Shown in pieces: positions 36,901 through 45,130 of a stretch of DNA of 51,003 bases. The number at the start of each line of letters is the position of its first letter. The first letter of the stretch is position 1. Source of the stretch: Gaiella sp. (GTDB lineage Bacteria; Actinomycetota; Thermoleophilia; Gaiellales; Gaiellaceae); the NCBI GenBank assembly GCA_035698545.1, contig DASSBV010000036.1:1-51003 (forward strand), in the 5' to 3' direction. A model generated the notes under the pieces. It was not told the origin of the DNA. It saw nothing but the letters and a program-made list of their open reading frames with translations, and did no database searches. The position numbers and the translations under genes were made by a program.

Positions 36901-37428
36901 GTCGCGAGCTGGGCTCGCGGGTTGCTCGCCCAGGCGGAGGGTCGCCACGACGACGTCGTGCACGAGCTGACGGAAAAGCTGCGCGATCCCGCCCATAACG
37001 ACAACCCGGTCAACGTCGAGGCCATGCTCCAGAGCGGGAGCGAGTCCGCGCTCGCGCTCGGCTCGTCCGACGCGCTCGCGGAGCTGCTCTCGCTCGCCGA
37101 GTCGGCGCCGATTGACCCGCCCCGGTCGCTGCTCGCCCAGCTCGAGCTGCAACGGGCACGACTCGCCGCGTTGACCGACGACGCCGAGCCACCCTACGAG
37201 CGAGCGGTCGCGGCGTTGCGCGCGATCGAGGACCCCTTCTGGGTCGCGGTCGCCCTGCTCGAGCAGGCGGAATGGCTCGCGACGCAGGACCGTCTCGACG
37301 AAGCGGCGCCGCCGGCACGTGAGGCGCGCGAGACCTTCGAGCGCCTGCGTGCGCAACCGAGGCTCGACCGCCTGGAGCGTTTGGACACCGCGCTCGGCTC
37401 GCCGCCCGCGAAAGCTCCCGCGTCGTAA
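33913..37428 (+). CDS. Double zinc ribbon + class III nucleotide cyclase + STAND/AAA ATPase + TPR protein (paralog 2)
   Basis: MTCAAC...; same cyclase motifs as paralog 1; GAAGIGKS and MVFEDIHW. ATGA overlap with paralog 1. Confidence 0.88.
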   Translation: MTCAACGAENREGRKFCAECGSALTAGCPACGAANEPGEKFCGECGAALVSPAPPTSISDNAQPRAERRLVSVLFADLVGFTSASEGRDAEDTRELLTRYFDTARTTIERYGGTVEKFIGDAVMAVWGAPVANEDDAERAVRAALELVAAIPALDPALQARAGVLTGEAAVTLGATDQGMVAGDLVNTASRIQSAAEPGTVLVGEATRRASEAAIAYTSAGQHELKGKEQPVSLWQALRVSAQRRGEGRAVGLEAPFVGRDRELRVVKDLFHASADEQRARLVSVVGAAGIGKSRLSWELEKYIDGLAADIWWHRGRCLSYGDGVAYWALAEMIRSRAKIAEHEDASTATDKLRATLDAHLADPEERAWIEPRLLQLLGLAERSAPDREDLFAAWRRFFERLAEQGPLVMVFEDIHWADEGLVAFVEYLLDWGRHHPIFVLTLARPEIADRHPAFPGATRSATTLPLEPLGDDAMDALLLGLVPGLPDDVRGRLRVAAEGIPLYAVETVRMLRDHGLLTETEGAGIVAGDLSSFEVPETLHALIASRLDTVSDDERSLLQDASVLGKTFTRSGLAALSGRTEDEIEPLVSSLLRKELLAVDTDPFSPERGQLGFLQALVQRVTYDTIARRDRRRRHLAAARFLATDAGIDPDEIAEVIATHYLDAHDADPAAADGEDVRAEARRWFTRAAERAASLAASLEAQRAFERAAELAPEELDRGRSLARAGELAVAGGRLDEAAPLLEQAIAILTEAGVPAEAAGAQVRLGELLFVSNRIEEGVALLESALEAHEHVADEPAIAAVSAELARLLFFEGRSLEATPHVERSLDLAERLRLSSVVVQALINKGLLLNRRPNESVALIRQALVLAEESGDERGALRACMNLSYRLSIAGRNQEAEQVVEHGIAIARRRGDRTWERSLTTNLVSCYVSSGRWDDAERVVDELPEEGAIATDPVQASMILDLAQIALHRGDLERVRAIASGYAAWEETAYLQAAGVASWARGLLAQAEGRHDDVVHELTEKLRDPAHNDNPVNVEAMLQSGSESALALGSSDALAELLSLAESAPIDPPRSLLAQLELQRARLAALTDDAEPPYERAVAALRAIEDPFWVAVALLEQAEWLATQDRLDEAAPPAREARETFERLRAQPRLDRLERLDTALGSPPAKAPAS

Positions 37429-37438
37429 CGGTCTGAGC

Positions 37439-37867
37439 TCAGCTCTCGGCCGGCACGAGCGCGTCGATCCCGAGCGAGGCCGCGGCCTCGGCGAGGCGCG
37501 TGTCGGAGACGATCATCACGTCGCCCTCGTCGAGGACGGCCTCGGCCGAGGCGAGGTGGATCGCGTCGTAGCCGCGTAAGGCACACAGCTCGGCGAGCTC
37601 TCCCGCGCGGCGGGCAAGAGGCTCGGTCAGCTCGAGAGCGTCGATCTCGTTCCAGAGAGCTCCGAGATGCCGTACCGACTCGGCGTGCGCCACGTCGGAC
37701 GATCGTCCTGAACGATTGGCCGACGCGAGCCCTGCTCGCGCTTCCGCGAGCAACGCGACCGACGCCCAGCGCGAGCTCGCCCGGGACCAGGCGCGTCGCA
37801 CGGGCTCCGAGCCCGGCTCGAGGATGAGCAGCTTCAAGAAGGCGGACGTGTCGAAGTACGAGGTCAG
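37439..37867 (-). CDS. vapC: Type II toxin, VapC/PIN-domain ribonuclease
   Basis: PIN acidic residues in YFDTSAFLKL, LAEARAG, LRGYDAIHLASA and VSDTRL. Apparent CTG start overlapping the antitoxin stop. Confidence 0.85.
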   Translation of the reverse strand: MTSYFDTSAFLKLLILEPGSEPVRRAWSRASSRWASVALLAEARAGLASANRSGRSSDVAHAESVRHLGALWNEIDALELTEPLARRAGELAELCALRGYDAIHLASAEAVLDEGDVMIVSDTRLAEAAASLGIDALVPAES

Positions 37868-38118
37868 CGCCGTTGTTCTATGACGATGTCGCTGACCGTG
37901 CCTTTGATCCTGATCGGCTCGGGCAACCAACCGGTCCGAGACCGCGCAGGAACGACCACGCCTTCGCGGATCAGGCGGTCGATCTTCCTCTCGCCGTTGA
38001 GCGGGACGAGCTTCGCGACCGGCTTGCCGTGGTCGGTGACCACGATCTCCTCACCGTCCTTGACCCGCGCGACGTACCGGCTCAGCCCCGCCCTAAGCTC
38101 CCTGATCCCGACGTCCAT
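37864..38118 (-). CDS. vapB: Type II antitoxin, Phd/YefM family
   Basis: VGIRELRAGLSRYVARVKDGEEIVVTDHGKPVAKLVP. TACAAT lies 7 nt before the ATG. Confidence 0.9.
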   Translation of the reverse strand: MDVGIRELRAGLSRYVARVKDGEEIVVTDHGKPVAKLVPLNGERKIDRLIREGVVVPARSRTGWLPEPIRIKGTVSDIVIEQRR

Positions 38119-38188
38119 GCGCCGCATTGTAGCGCTTTTTCTGGGTCATATGTAGTGTCTCTTCTGGACACGTACCGTCGACCCGGGA

Positions 38189-41026
38189 TCAGGCGGCCGC
38201 CGCAGCCGGCTCGGCGAGCACCTCGCGCAAGAACTGCCCCGTGTGTGACTCCTCGACCGCGGCCACCTGTTCGGGCGTCCCGCTCGCGATCACCTCGCCA
38301 CCCGCCTCGCCCCCCTCGGGGCCGAGGTCGACGATCCAGTCGGCTTGCTTGATCACGTCGAGGTTGTGCTCGATCACCAGCACCGTGTTCCCCGCGTCGA
38401 CGAGGCGCTGGAGCACCTCGAGCAGCTTCGCGATGTCCGCGAAGTGGAGACCGGTGGTCGGCTCGTCGAGGATGTAGAGCGTCCGACCGGTCGCGACCTT
38501 CGAGAGCTCCGCTGCAAGCTTCACCCGCTGCGCCTCGCCGCCGGAGAGCGTCGTCGCCGGCTGGCCGAGCCGGATGTAGTCGAGCCCGACGTCGTGGAGC
38601 GTCTGCAGCCGCCGTCGGATCTTCGGGATCTTCGAGAAGAACTCGAGCGCCTCCTCGACCGACATCTCGAGCACGTCTGCGATCGACTTGCCCTTGAAGC
38701 GCACCTCGAGCGTCTCGCGGTTGTAGCGGCGCCCGTGACAGGTCTCGCACGGGACGTACACGTCGGGGAGGAAGTGCATCTCGATCTTGATCTGCCCGTC
38801 GCCCTTGCACGTCTCGCAGCGCCCGCCGCGGACGTTGAACGAGAAGCGCCCCGGCTTGTAGCCGCGCACCTTCGCCTCCGGAGTGAGCGAGTAGAGCTCG
38901 CGGACGTGCGTGAACAGGTCGGTGTAGGTCGCGGGGTTGGAGCGCGGCGTGCGGCCGATCGGCGTCTGGTCGATGTCGATCACCTTGTCGAAGCAGTCGA
39001 TGCCCTCGATCGCGTCGTGCGCGCCGGGCTTCGTCCGCGTCCGGTTGAGCCGGTTCGCGAGCGCCTTGAACACGACCTCGTTGACGAGCGTCGACTTGCC
39101 CGAGCCGGAGACACCCGTCACGGCAACGAGCCTCCCGATGGGGAGCTCGACGTCGATCGACTTCAGATTGTGCTCGCGCGCTCCGATCACCCGGAACGTG
39201 CCGCGATCCTCGGTCCGCCGCTCCGGGATCTCGATCCGACGCCTCCCGGAGAGAAAGTCGCCGGTCACCGAGCGCCTGTTCCGCGTGACCTGCGCCGCGG
39301 TGCCTTCCGCGACCACCTCTCCCCCGTGCTCGCCGGCGCCCGGGCCCATGTCGACGAGCCAGTCGGCCTGGCGCATCATCTGCTCGTCGTGCTCGACGAC
39401 GAGCACGGTGTTGCCGAGGTCGCGCAGGCGCTCGAGCGTCCCGATCAGGCGGCCGTTGTCGCGCTGGTGGAGCCCGATCGACGGCTCGTCGAGGATGTAG
39501 AGCACGCCGACGAGCTGCGAGCCGATCTGCGTCGCGAGCCGCAGCCGCTGCGCTTCGCCGCCCGAGAGCGTGCGCGCCGCGCGGTCGAGGTTCAGGTAGC
39601 CGACGCCGACATCGTCCAGGAACGTCAGCCGCTCGCGGATCTCCTTGAGGATCCGGCGCCCGATCAGCTCCTCGGTCGGGGTCAGCTCGAGCTCGTCGAC
39701 GAACCGCAGCGCCGCCGTGACCGACAGCTGCGCGAACTCGTGGATCGAGTTGCCGCCGACGGTGACCGCCAGAACCTCCGGCTTGAGGCGTGCGCCGTGG
39801 CAGACGGGGCACGGACGCATGGACATGTACTCCTCGATCCGCTCGCGCTGCTGCGACGAGTCGGTCTCCCGGTAGCGCCGCTGGAGGTTCGAGACGAGGC
39901 CCTCGAACGCCATCGTGTACCGCCGCGTCCGCCCCATCCGGTTGCGGTACGTGACGAGAATCCTGTCGCCGCCGGTGCCGTGGAGAAACCGGTCCTGCTG
40001 CTCGGGGTCGAGGTCACGCCACGGCGTATGGAGATCGATCTCGTAGCGGTCGGCGACCGCTTTGATCGCGGCCTCGTAGAAGCCCTGGCCGCCGAGCGAC
40101 CAGGGCACGAGCGCGCCCTCGTCGATCGAGAGGCTCGGATCCGGCACGAGCAGGTCCGGGTCGATCTCGAGCTGCGAGCCGAGGCCCGTGCAGCGCGGGC
40201 AGGCGCCGTGCGGTGCGTTGAAGGAGAAGATCCTAGGCTCGAGCTCGGGCAGCGACACGCCGTGCTCCGGACACGCGAAGTTCTCGCTGTAGAGGTAGGA
40301 ATCGCCGTCGACGACGCCGATTCCGACTAGGCCCTCTGCCAAGCTGGTTGCCGTCTCGATCGACTGCGTCAGGCGTTGACGGAGGTCCGGCTTCATCACG
40401 AGCCGGTCGACGACCACCTCGATGGTGTGCTTGAACTTCTTGTCGAGGACGATCTCCTCCTCGAGCAAGCGCTGCTCGCCGTCGACCTTGACGCGCGTGA
40501 ACCCGTCGCGGCGGAGCTCCTCGAGCACGTCGCGGAACTCGCCCTTCCGGCCGCGCACGATCGGCGCGTCGACCGTGAACTTCGTCCCCCCGGGCAGCGC
40601 GAGCACCTGCTCGACGATCTGGTCGAGCGACTGGCCCGCGATCGGGCGTCCGCAGATCGGGCAGTGCGGCCGGCCGACCCGCGCATACAGGAGGCGGAGG
40701 TAGTCGTAGACCTCCGTCACCGTGCCCACCGTCGAGCGCGGGTTTCGCGAGGTGGTCTTCTGGTCGATCGAGATCGCCGGCGAGAGGCCGTCGATCGAGT
40801 CGACGTCGGGCTTCTCCATCATCTGCAGGAACTGCCTCGCGTACGCGGAGAGCGACTCGACGTAGCGGCGCTGTCCCTCTGCGTAGATCGTGTCGAAGGC
40901 GAGCGACGACTTGCCGGAGCCCGAGAGCCCGGTGACGCAGACGAGCGCGTTCCGCGGGAGCGTGACGGTGACGTTCTTGAGGTTGTGCTCCCGTGCGCCG
41001 TGGACGACGAGATGGTCGGCGGGCAT
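38189..41026 (-). CDS. uvrA: Excinuclease ABC subunit A
   Basis: GAREHNLK, two Walker A motifs ([16 protein letters not shown]), two LSGGEAQR signatures and zinc fingers. Confidence 0.98.
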   Translation of the reverse strand: MPADHLVVHGAREHNLKNVTVTLPRNALVCVTGLSGSGKSSLAFDTIYAEGQRRYVESLSAYARQFLQMMEKPDVDSIDGLSPAISIDQKTTSRNPRSTVGTVTEVYDYLRLLYARVGRPHCPICGRPIAGQSLDQIVEQVLALPGGTKFTVDAPIVRGRKGEFRDVLEELRRDGFTRVKVDGEQRLLEEEIVLDKKFKHTIEVVVDRLVMKPDLRQRLTQSIETATSLAEGLVGIGVVDGDSYLYSENFACPEHGVSLPELEPRIFSFNAPHGACPRCTGLGSQLEIDPDLLVPDPSLSIDEGALVPWSLGGQGFYEAAIKAVADRYEIDLHTPWRDLDPEQQDRFLHGTGGDRILVTYRNRMGRTRRYTMAFEGLVSNLQRRYRETDSSQQRERIEEYMSMRPCPVCHGARLKPEVLAVTVGGNSIHEFAQLSVTAALRFVDELELTPTEELIGRRILKEIRERLTFLDDVGVGYLNLDRAARTLSGGEAQRLRLATQIGSQLVGVLYILDEPSIGLHQRDNGRLIGTLERLRDLGNTVLVVEHDEQMMRQADWLVDMGPGAGEHGGEVVAEGTAAQVTRNRRSVTGDFLSGRRRIEIPERRTEDRGTFRVIGAREHNLKSIDVELPIGRLVAVTGVSGSGKSTLVNEVVFKALANRLNRTRTKPGAHDAIEGIDCFDKVIDIDQTPIGRTPRSNPATYTDLFTHVRELYSLTPEAKVRGYKPGRFSFNVRGGRCETCKGDGQIKIEMHFLPDVYVPCETCHGRRYNRETLEVRFKGKSIADVLEMSVEEALEFFSKIPKIRRRLQTLHDVGLDYIRLGQPATTLSGGEAQRVKLAAELSKVATGRTLYILDEPTTGLHFADIAKLLEVLQRLVDAGNTVLVIEHNLDVIKQADWIVDLGPEGGEAGGEVIASGTPEQVAAVEESHTGQFLREVLAEPAAAAA

Positions 41027-41046
41027 ACGGCGCCTAGCTTATCTCC

Positions 41047-41060
41047 CGAACGTACGTTCG
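41047..41060. promoter_or_regulatory. LexA/SOS box upstream of uvrA
   Basis: CGAAC-GTAC-GTTCG fits the Gram-positive/actinobacterial GAAC-N4-GTTC consensus and sits just upstream of a TAAGCT -10 (41036-41041, minus strand). Confidence 0.85.
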
Positions 41061-41209
41061 TCCAACCGTCGGGGGATCGAGGTTCCACAGTGCGGCGCAC
41101 GCGATTGCCCGGATGCGATGACCGCGGCGGGCGGTGAGCGTGGCGTTAGCGGTCGATGAGCCGCGAGGGCGAGGTTGAGCTTCCCGATTGGGAAGGAAAG
41201 GAGACCGAG

Positions 41210-42616
41210 ATGCGCCGACGCATCGCTCTCACCACAGGCGCCGTCGTCGTCGTCCTTGCGACCGCGCTCGCCGGGGCCACCTCCGGCCTGGCCGACGAGC
41301 CGCCCGCCAACGACCTCGAGATCGGCTACCCGCCGCCCTGCGGCGACGAGGAGGCAGCCACGCTCTCCGCCGTCGACTGCACCGGGATCGAGCCGGTCGA
41401 CTCGATCGGCCCGATCGCCCCCGAGATCGAGGCCGCAGCCGCCGCGACCGCACAGGCCGATTCCGCGCTCGTGGCCGCCGGAGGCCCCGATGCGCTGCTG
41501 AAGAACTGCCGCCTCCACGCGGAGGTCGCGATGTACACGGCGGCGGACTGGATCCGCCTCGCGCAGCACCTCGCCGGCGAGGCGTCGCACTGCGCCGACT
41601 ACACCATCTCCCTCCCCGCAATCGCTGGCAACAAGACCCAGCCCCGACCCGACCAGGCCTGGCGGATCCGCGCGCTCGGACCACGGTTCCACGCGGCGGC
41701 TGAGGCCCAGCTCACCGCCTGGCAGACGTGGGTGACCACGAACAAGAAGACCTGGGTGGACGCGGGCAGAGAATTCCGGAAGCGGATGGCCGCAGCGGGC
41801 TACGACGTGTCGCTCGGCGACACGTGGGCGCTGAACGAGGTTCCCTCGAGCGTCCGGCAGAACGCTGGGCAGGCTCGACGCAACCTGCTCGACTTCCTGA
41901 AGGGGCTCTACGAAGGCGACGGGTCCGCACCCGCCACGCAAGGCCTCGTCTTCGTGGTCGGGCTCGGCCAGCGGACGCAGAACCTGTCCGTGTACCTCGC
42001 GACCATGCGGGGGTGGCTGTCCGACTCCGCGTTCTGGACGGAGGCAGACGGCTACGTCCGCTTCTGGGCACAGGAGACGTACGGGGACATCCGTGCGTGG
42101 GGCGTGCCCTCGGCGCCCGCGATAACGCGGGCACAGCACGTGATCGAGTACGTGACGCACCCGCTCGCGCTCGCCCGCGCAGGTGGCGAGCGGAGCGCCG
42201 CGGCGGAGGCGTTCTTCCGCCGGACGTACCTCTCCCTCGGGAACGCGGCATGGAGGTGGCAGTCGAGCTTCGGCTTCACCGACGTCGACGACACCCTGAT
42301 GCGGCACTTCCTCTCCGAGCAGGTGTTTGCGATCCGGCACGACGCGGGCACGCATCCGGCCGACGGCCCCGAGGGCCGGCTGGGCTTCGCGTGGGCTCCG
42401 GACAACGATCTGCCGCCCGTCCAGCCGGACTTCGCGGCGAAGACCGCCGGGCTGCAGGAACGGCTCGCGTCGGCGCTCGCGAACGCGTACGCCCAGGGGG
42501 GCAGCTCGCAGCAGGGCGCGTGCGGAACTCCGGGCGACCACGTCTGGTGCGAGGGCGCCTTCGACGGGGCCGCGTTCAACGACGGTTGGAACGTCTTCTC
42601 GGATCCCTGGGACTGA
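41210..42616 (+). CDS. Secreted hypothetical protein (possible glycoside-hydrolase-like barrel)
   Basis: AAGGAG SD, MRRR + hydrophobic signal peptide, acidic linker, and an aromatic-rich domain with DTWALNE and FWAQETY. Confidence 0.7.
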   Translation: MRRRIALTTGAVVVVLATALAGATSGLADEPPANDLEIGYPPPCGDEEAATLSAVDCTGIEPVDSIGPIAPEIEAAAAATAQADSALVAAGGPDALLKNCRLHAEVAMYTAADWIRLAQHLAGEASHCADYTISLPAIAGNKTQPRPDQAWRIRALGPRFHAAAEAQLTAWQTWVTTNKKTWVDAGREFRKRMAAAGYDVSLGDTWALNEVPSSVRQNAGQARRNLLDFLKGLYEGDGSAPATQGLVFVVGLGQRTQNLSVYLATMRGWLSDSAFWTEADGYVRFWAQETYGDIRAWGVPSAPAITRAQHVIEYVTHPLALARAGGERSAAAEAFFRRTYLSLGNAAWRWQSSFGFTDVDDTLMRHFLSEQVFAIRHDAGTHPADGPEGRLGFAWAPDNDLPPVQPDFAAKTAGLQERLASALANAYAQGGSSQQGACGTPGDHVWCEGAFDGAAFNDGWNVFSDPWD

Positions 42617-42631
42617 GCGTCCACACGTGTC

Positions 42632-42663
42632 GGGCGGGGCAGGCCGATGGACCTGCCCCGCCC
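42632..42663. terminator. 12-bp GC-rich hairpin between convergent genes
   Basis: GGGCGGGGCAGG-ccgatgga-CCTGCCCCGCCC. Confidence 0.55.
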
Positions 42664-42694
42664 CGCGCCACGCGCCGGATGCAGGCTCGCGCGG

Positions 42695-42934
42695 CTAGGC
42701 CTTGCGCGCGCGACGGCCGAAGATGAGCCCGCCGATGGTGAAGCCGAGCCCGAAGGTGCCGACCGCGAAGGCCCCGATCGCGACGCCCTTCCGCCACATC
42801 GCCATCTGCTGCCAGCGGCCGATCGCCTCGCGCTCCTCCTCGGTCAGCTCCTCACCCCGCCGCTGCTTGCGAAGCGCACCGCCGGCCTGGAGGCCCAGGT
42901 AGAGGTCGTCGAAGATCTCGGGGCCGTCCGACAC
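42695..42934 (-). CDS. Small hypothetical membrane protein (79 aa)
   Basis: VSDGPEIFDDLYLGLQAGGALRKQRRGEEL..., with a C-terminal Gly-rich TM segment. TACACT lies 6 nt before the GTG. Confidence 0.65.
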   Translation of the reverse strand: MSDGPEIFDDLYLGLQAGGALRKQRRGEELTEEEREAIGRWQQMAMWRKGVAIGAFAVGTFGLGFTIGGLIFGRRARKA

Positions 42935-42961
42935 GACACGAGTGTATAGCCTCGTCCGGCC

Positions 42962-43606
42962 GTGCCCGAACGTCGCTCCGCCCCGCGCCCGGCCGTCGCG
43001 GTCTTCGACGTGGACGGCACGCTGACGACCCGCGATTGCGTGCTTCCTTTCCTCTGGCGCGTCGCGGGCCTGCGTCTCCCCCGGGTGCTCCTCCGTCACC
43101 CGTTGGAGTTGCTCGGCGGGATCGCGCGCCGCGACCGCGACCGGCTGAAGGCCCTCGCGTGCGCGTCGCTCGCGGGGCTCCGGGCGGTCGAGATCGAACG
43201 TGCAGGGGAGGAGTTCGCACAGTGGGTGGCGTCGTCGAGGATGCGCGAGGACACGACGGCTCGGCTCCGTCAGCACCGTGACCTCGGCCACACCCTCGTG
43301 CTCGCGTCCGCCTCGCTCGACGCATACCTCCTTCCGCTGGGACAGATCCTCGGCGCCGACGAGGTCGCCTGCACCACCCTCGAGCGTGACGCCGACGGAC
43401 TGCTTACCGGCCGGCTCGTGGGAGCGAACTGCCGCGGGCCCGAGAAGGCGCGGCGCGTCCACGCGCTCCTCGAGACCCGTGGGCTCGCGCACGCGGAGGT
43501 GTGGGCATACGGCGACTCGCCGGACGACGAGCCGTTGCTGTCGAGCGCCGATCACGGCGTGCGCGTCGGTCGGTCGCCACTGTCCCTTTTGGACACTGGT
43601 GGCTGA
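42962..43606 (+). CDS. HAD-IB family hydrolase (SerB-like)
   Basis: FDVDGTL, LASAS, NCRGPEK and AYGDSPDD motifs. Confidence 0.85.
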   Translation: MPERRSAPRPAVAVFDVDGTLTTRDCVLPFLWRVAGLRLPRVLLRHPLELLGGIARRDRDRLKALACASLAGLRAVEIERAGEEFAQWVASSRMREDTTARLRQHRDLGHTLVLASASLDAYLLPLGQILGADEVACTTLERDADGLLTGRLVGANCRGPEKARRVHALLETRGLAHAEVWAYGDSPDDEPLLSSADHGVRVGRSPLSLLDTGG

Positions 43607-43633
43607 CCCCAGGCGCTCGGTAGGATCTCACCG

Positions 43634-45130
43634 GTGTCCGACACGGTGACCGAGCTGCGGCGCGAGCTCGCCCAGATCATCGACCTCCGCACCGCCGCAC
43701 GGGTGCTCGAGTGGGATCAGCTGGTGATGATGCCCCGCGGCGGCGCGACCACCCGCGGCGACCACCTTGCGACGGTCGGGCGCCTCGCGCACGAGCTCTT
43801 CGTCCGCGACGAGATCGGCGAGCTGATCGACGCGGCGGCATCCGAGCTCGACGGCGCCGCACGCGACTCCGACGAGGCCTGCCTCGTCGACGTGGCACGC
43901 CGCGACTGGGAGAAGGCACGGCGCGTCCCGGCCGATCTCCAGGCGGAGCTGACCAAGCTCGCATCCGAGTCGGTCGAGGCGTGGGCGACCGCCCGGGAGA
44001 ACGATGACTACGCGAGCTTCCAACCGTGGCTCGACCGGACGCTCGACCTGAAACGGCAATACGTCGCGTGCTTCCCGCCGAGCGACGACCCGTACGACCC
44101 TCTCCTCGACGACTTCGAGCGGGGGATGCGCACCGACGAGGTACGCCGGGTGTTCGATCGGCTGGAGCCGGCGCTCCGCGAGCTGGTCGACGCGACCCCA
44201 CCGGAGGAGGACGAGGGGTTCCTCACCGGGCCGTACCCCGAGTCGACGCAATACGAGCTCTCGCTCGCGGTGATCCGCGCGTTCGGGGCCGCCGACGAGT
44301 TCTTCCGGCTCGACTCGACCGTCCACCCGTTCTGCACGTCGTTCTCCACCCAAGACGTGCGGCTGACGACGCGCTACGCGGAGGACGACCTGCACGCCTC
44401 GTCGATCTTCTCGACCATGCACGAGGCGGGACACGGGCTCTACGAGCGGGGCGGCGACGCGTCGCTCGACCGGACGCCGCTCGCGACCGGGTGCTCGTCA
44501 GCGCTCCACGAGTCCCAGAGCCGGCTCTGGGAGAACGTGATCGGGCGCTCGCTCCCGTTCTGGACGTGGTTCTACCCCCAGTTCCGCGACGGCTTCGAGG
44601 CGCTCGCCGACGTGCCACTCGAGACCTTCCACCGGGCGGTCAACCGACCTCGGCCCTCGCTGATCAGGGTGGACGCAGACGAGACGACCTACGGGCTGCA
44701 CATCATCCTTCGCTTCGGCCTCGAGCAGGAGCTTCTCTTCGGCGGCCTGGACACCAAGGACCTGCCCGAGCGGTGGGACGACCGGATGGAGGAGCTCGTG
44801 GGAATCCGTCCACCGGACGACCGCCGGGGCTGCCTCCAGGATGTCCACTGGGCGGGCGGTCTGTTCGGGTACTTCCCGACCTACCAGCTCGGGAACGTGC
44901 TCTCCGTGCAGATCTGGGAGCGCCTGCTCACGGACATTCCGGACGCCTACGCGCAGATCGGGCAGGGCGCGTTCGGCGAGATCTACGAGTGGCTGCGCGA
45001 GCGCCTGTACCGGCACGGCCGCAAGTTCACACCCTCGGAGACGATCCTCCGCGTGGCGGGCGGCCCGATCGACCCCGAGCCGTACCTCCGCTACCTCGCG
45101 GACAAGAACGCCTCGCTCGCGCCGGCGTAG
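43634..45130 (+). CDS. Carboxypeptidase, family M32
   Basis: HPF, VRLTTRY, HEAGH, HESQS, IRVDADE, GCLQDVHW and GYFPTY motifs. Confidence 0.93.
   Translation: MSDTVTELRRELAQIIDLRTAARVLEWDQLVMMPRGGATTRGDHLATVGRLAHELFVRDEIGELIDAAASELDGAARDSDEACLVDVARRDWEKARRVPADLQAELTKLASESVEAWATARENDDYASFQPWLDRTLDLKRQYVACFPPSDDPYDPLLDDFERGMRTDEVRRVFDRLEPALRELVDATPPEEDEGFLTGPYPESTQYELSLAVIRAFGAADEFFRLDSTVHPFCTSFSTQDVRLTTRYAEDDLHASSIFSTMHEAGHGLYERGGDASLDRTPLATGCSSALHESQSRLWENVIGRSLPFWTWFYPQFRDGFEALADVPLETFHRAVNRPRPSLIRVDADETTYGLHIILRFGLEQELLFGGLDTKDLPERWDDRMEELVGIRPPDDRRGCLQDVHWAGGLFGYFPTYQLGNVLSVQIWERLLTDIPDAYAQIGQGAFGEIYEWLRERLYRHGRKFTPSETILRVAGGPIDPEPYLRYLADKNASLAPA

Noticed and set aside
28230-38190. Integrated mobile element or prophage carrying the cyclases and vapBC
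   Set aside because: No integrase, transposase, tRNA target or flanking direct repeats seen, and composition looks like the rest of the window.
45091-45130. 40-bp convergent overlap of the M32 and HD-GYP genes
   Set aside because: Short tail-to-tail overlaps are common in GC-rich genomes, and there is no sign of function.
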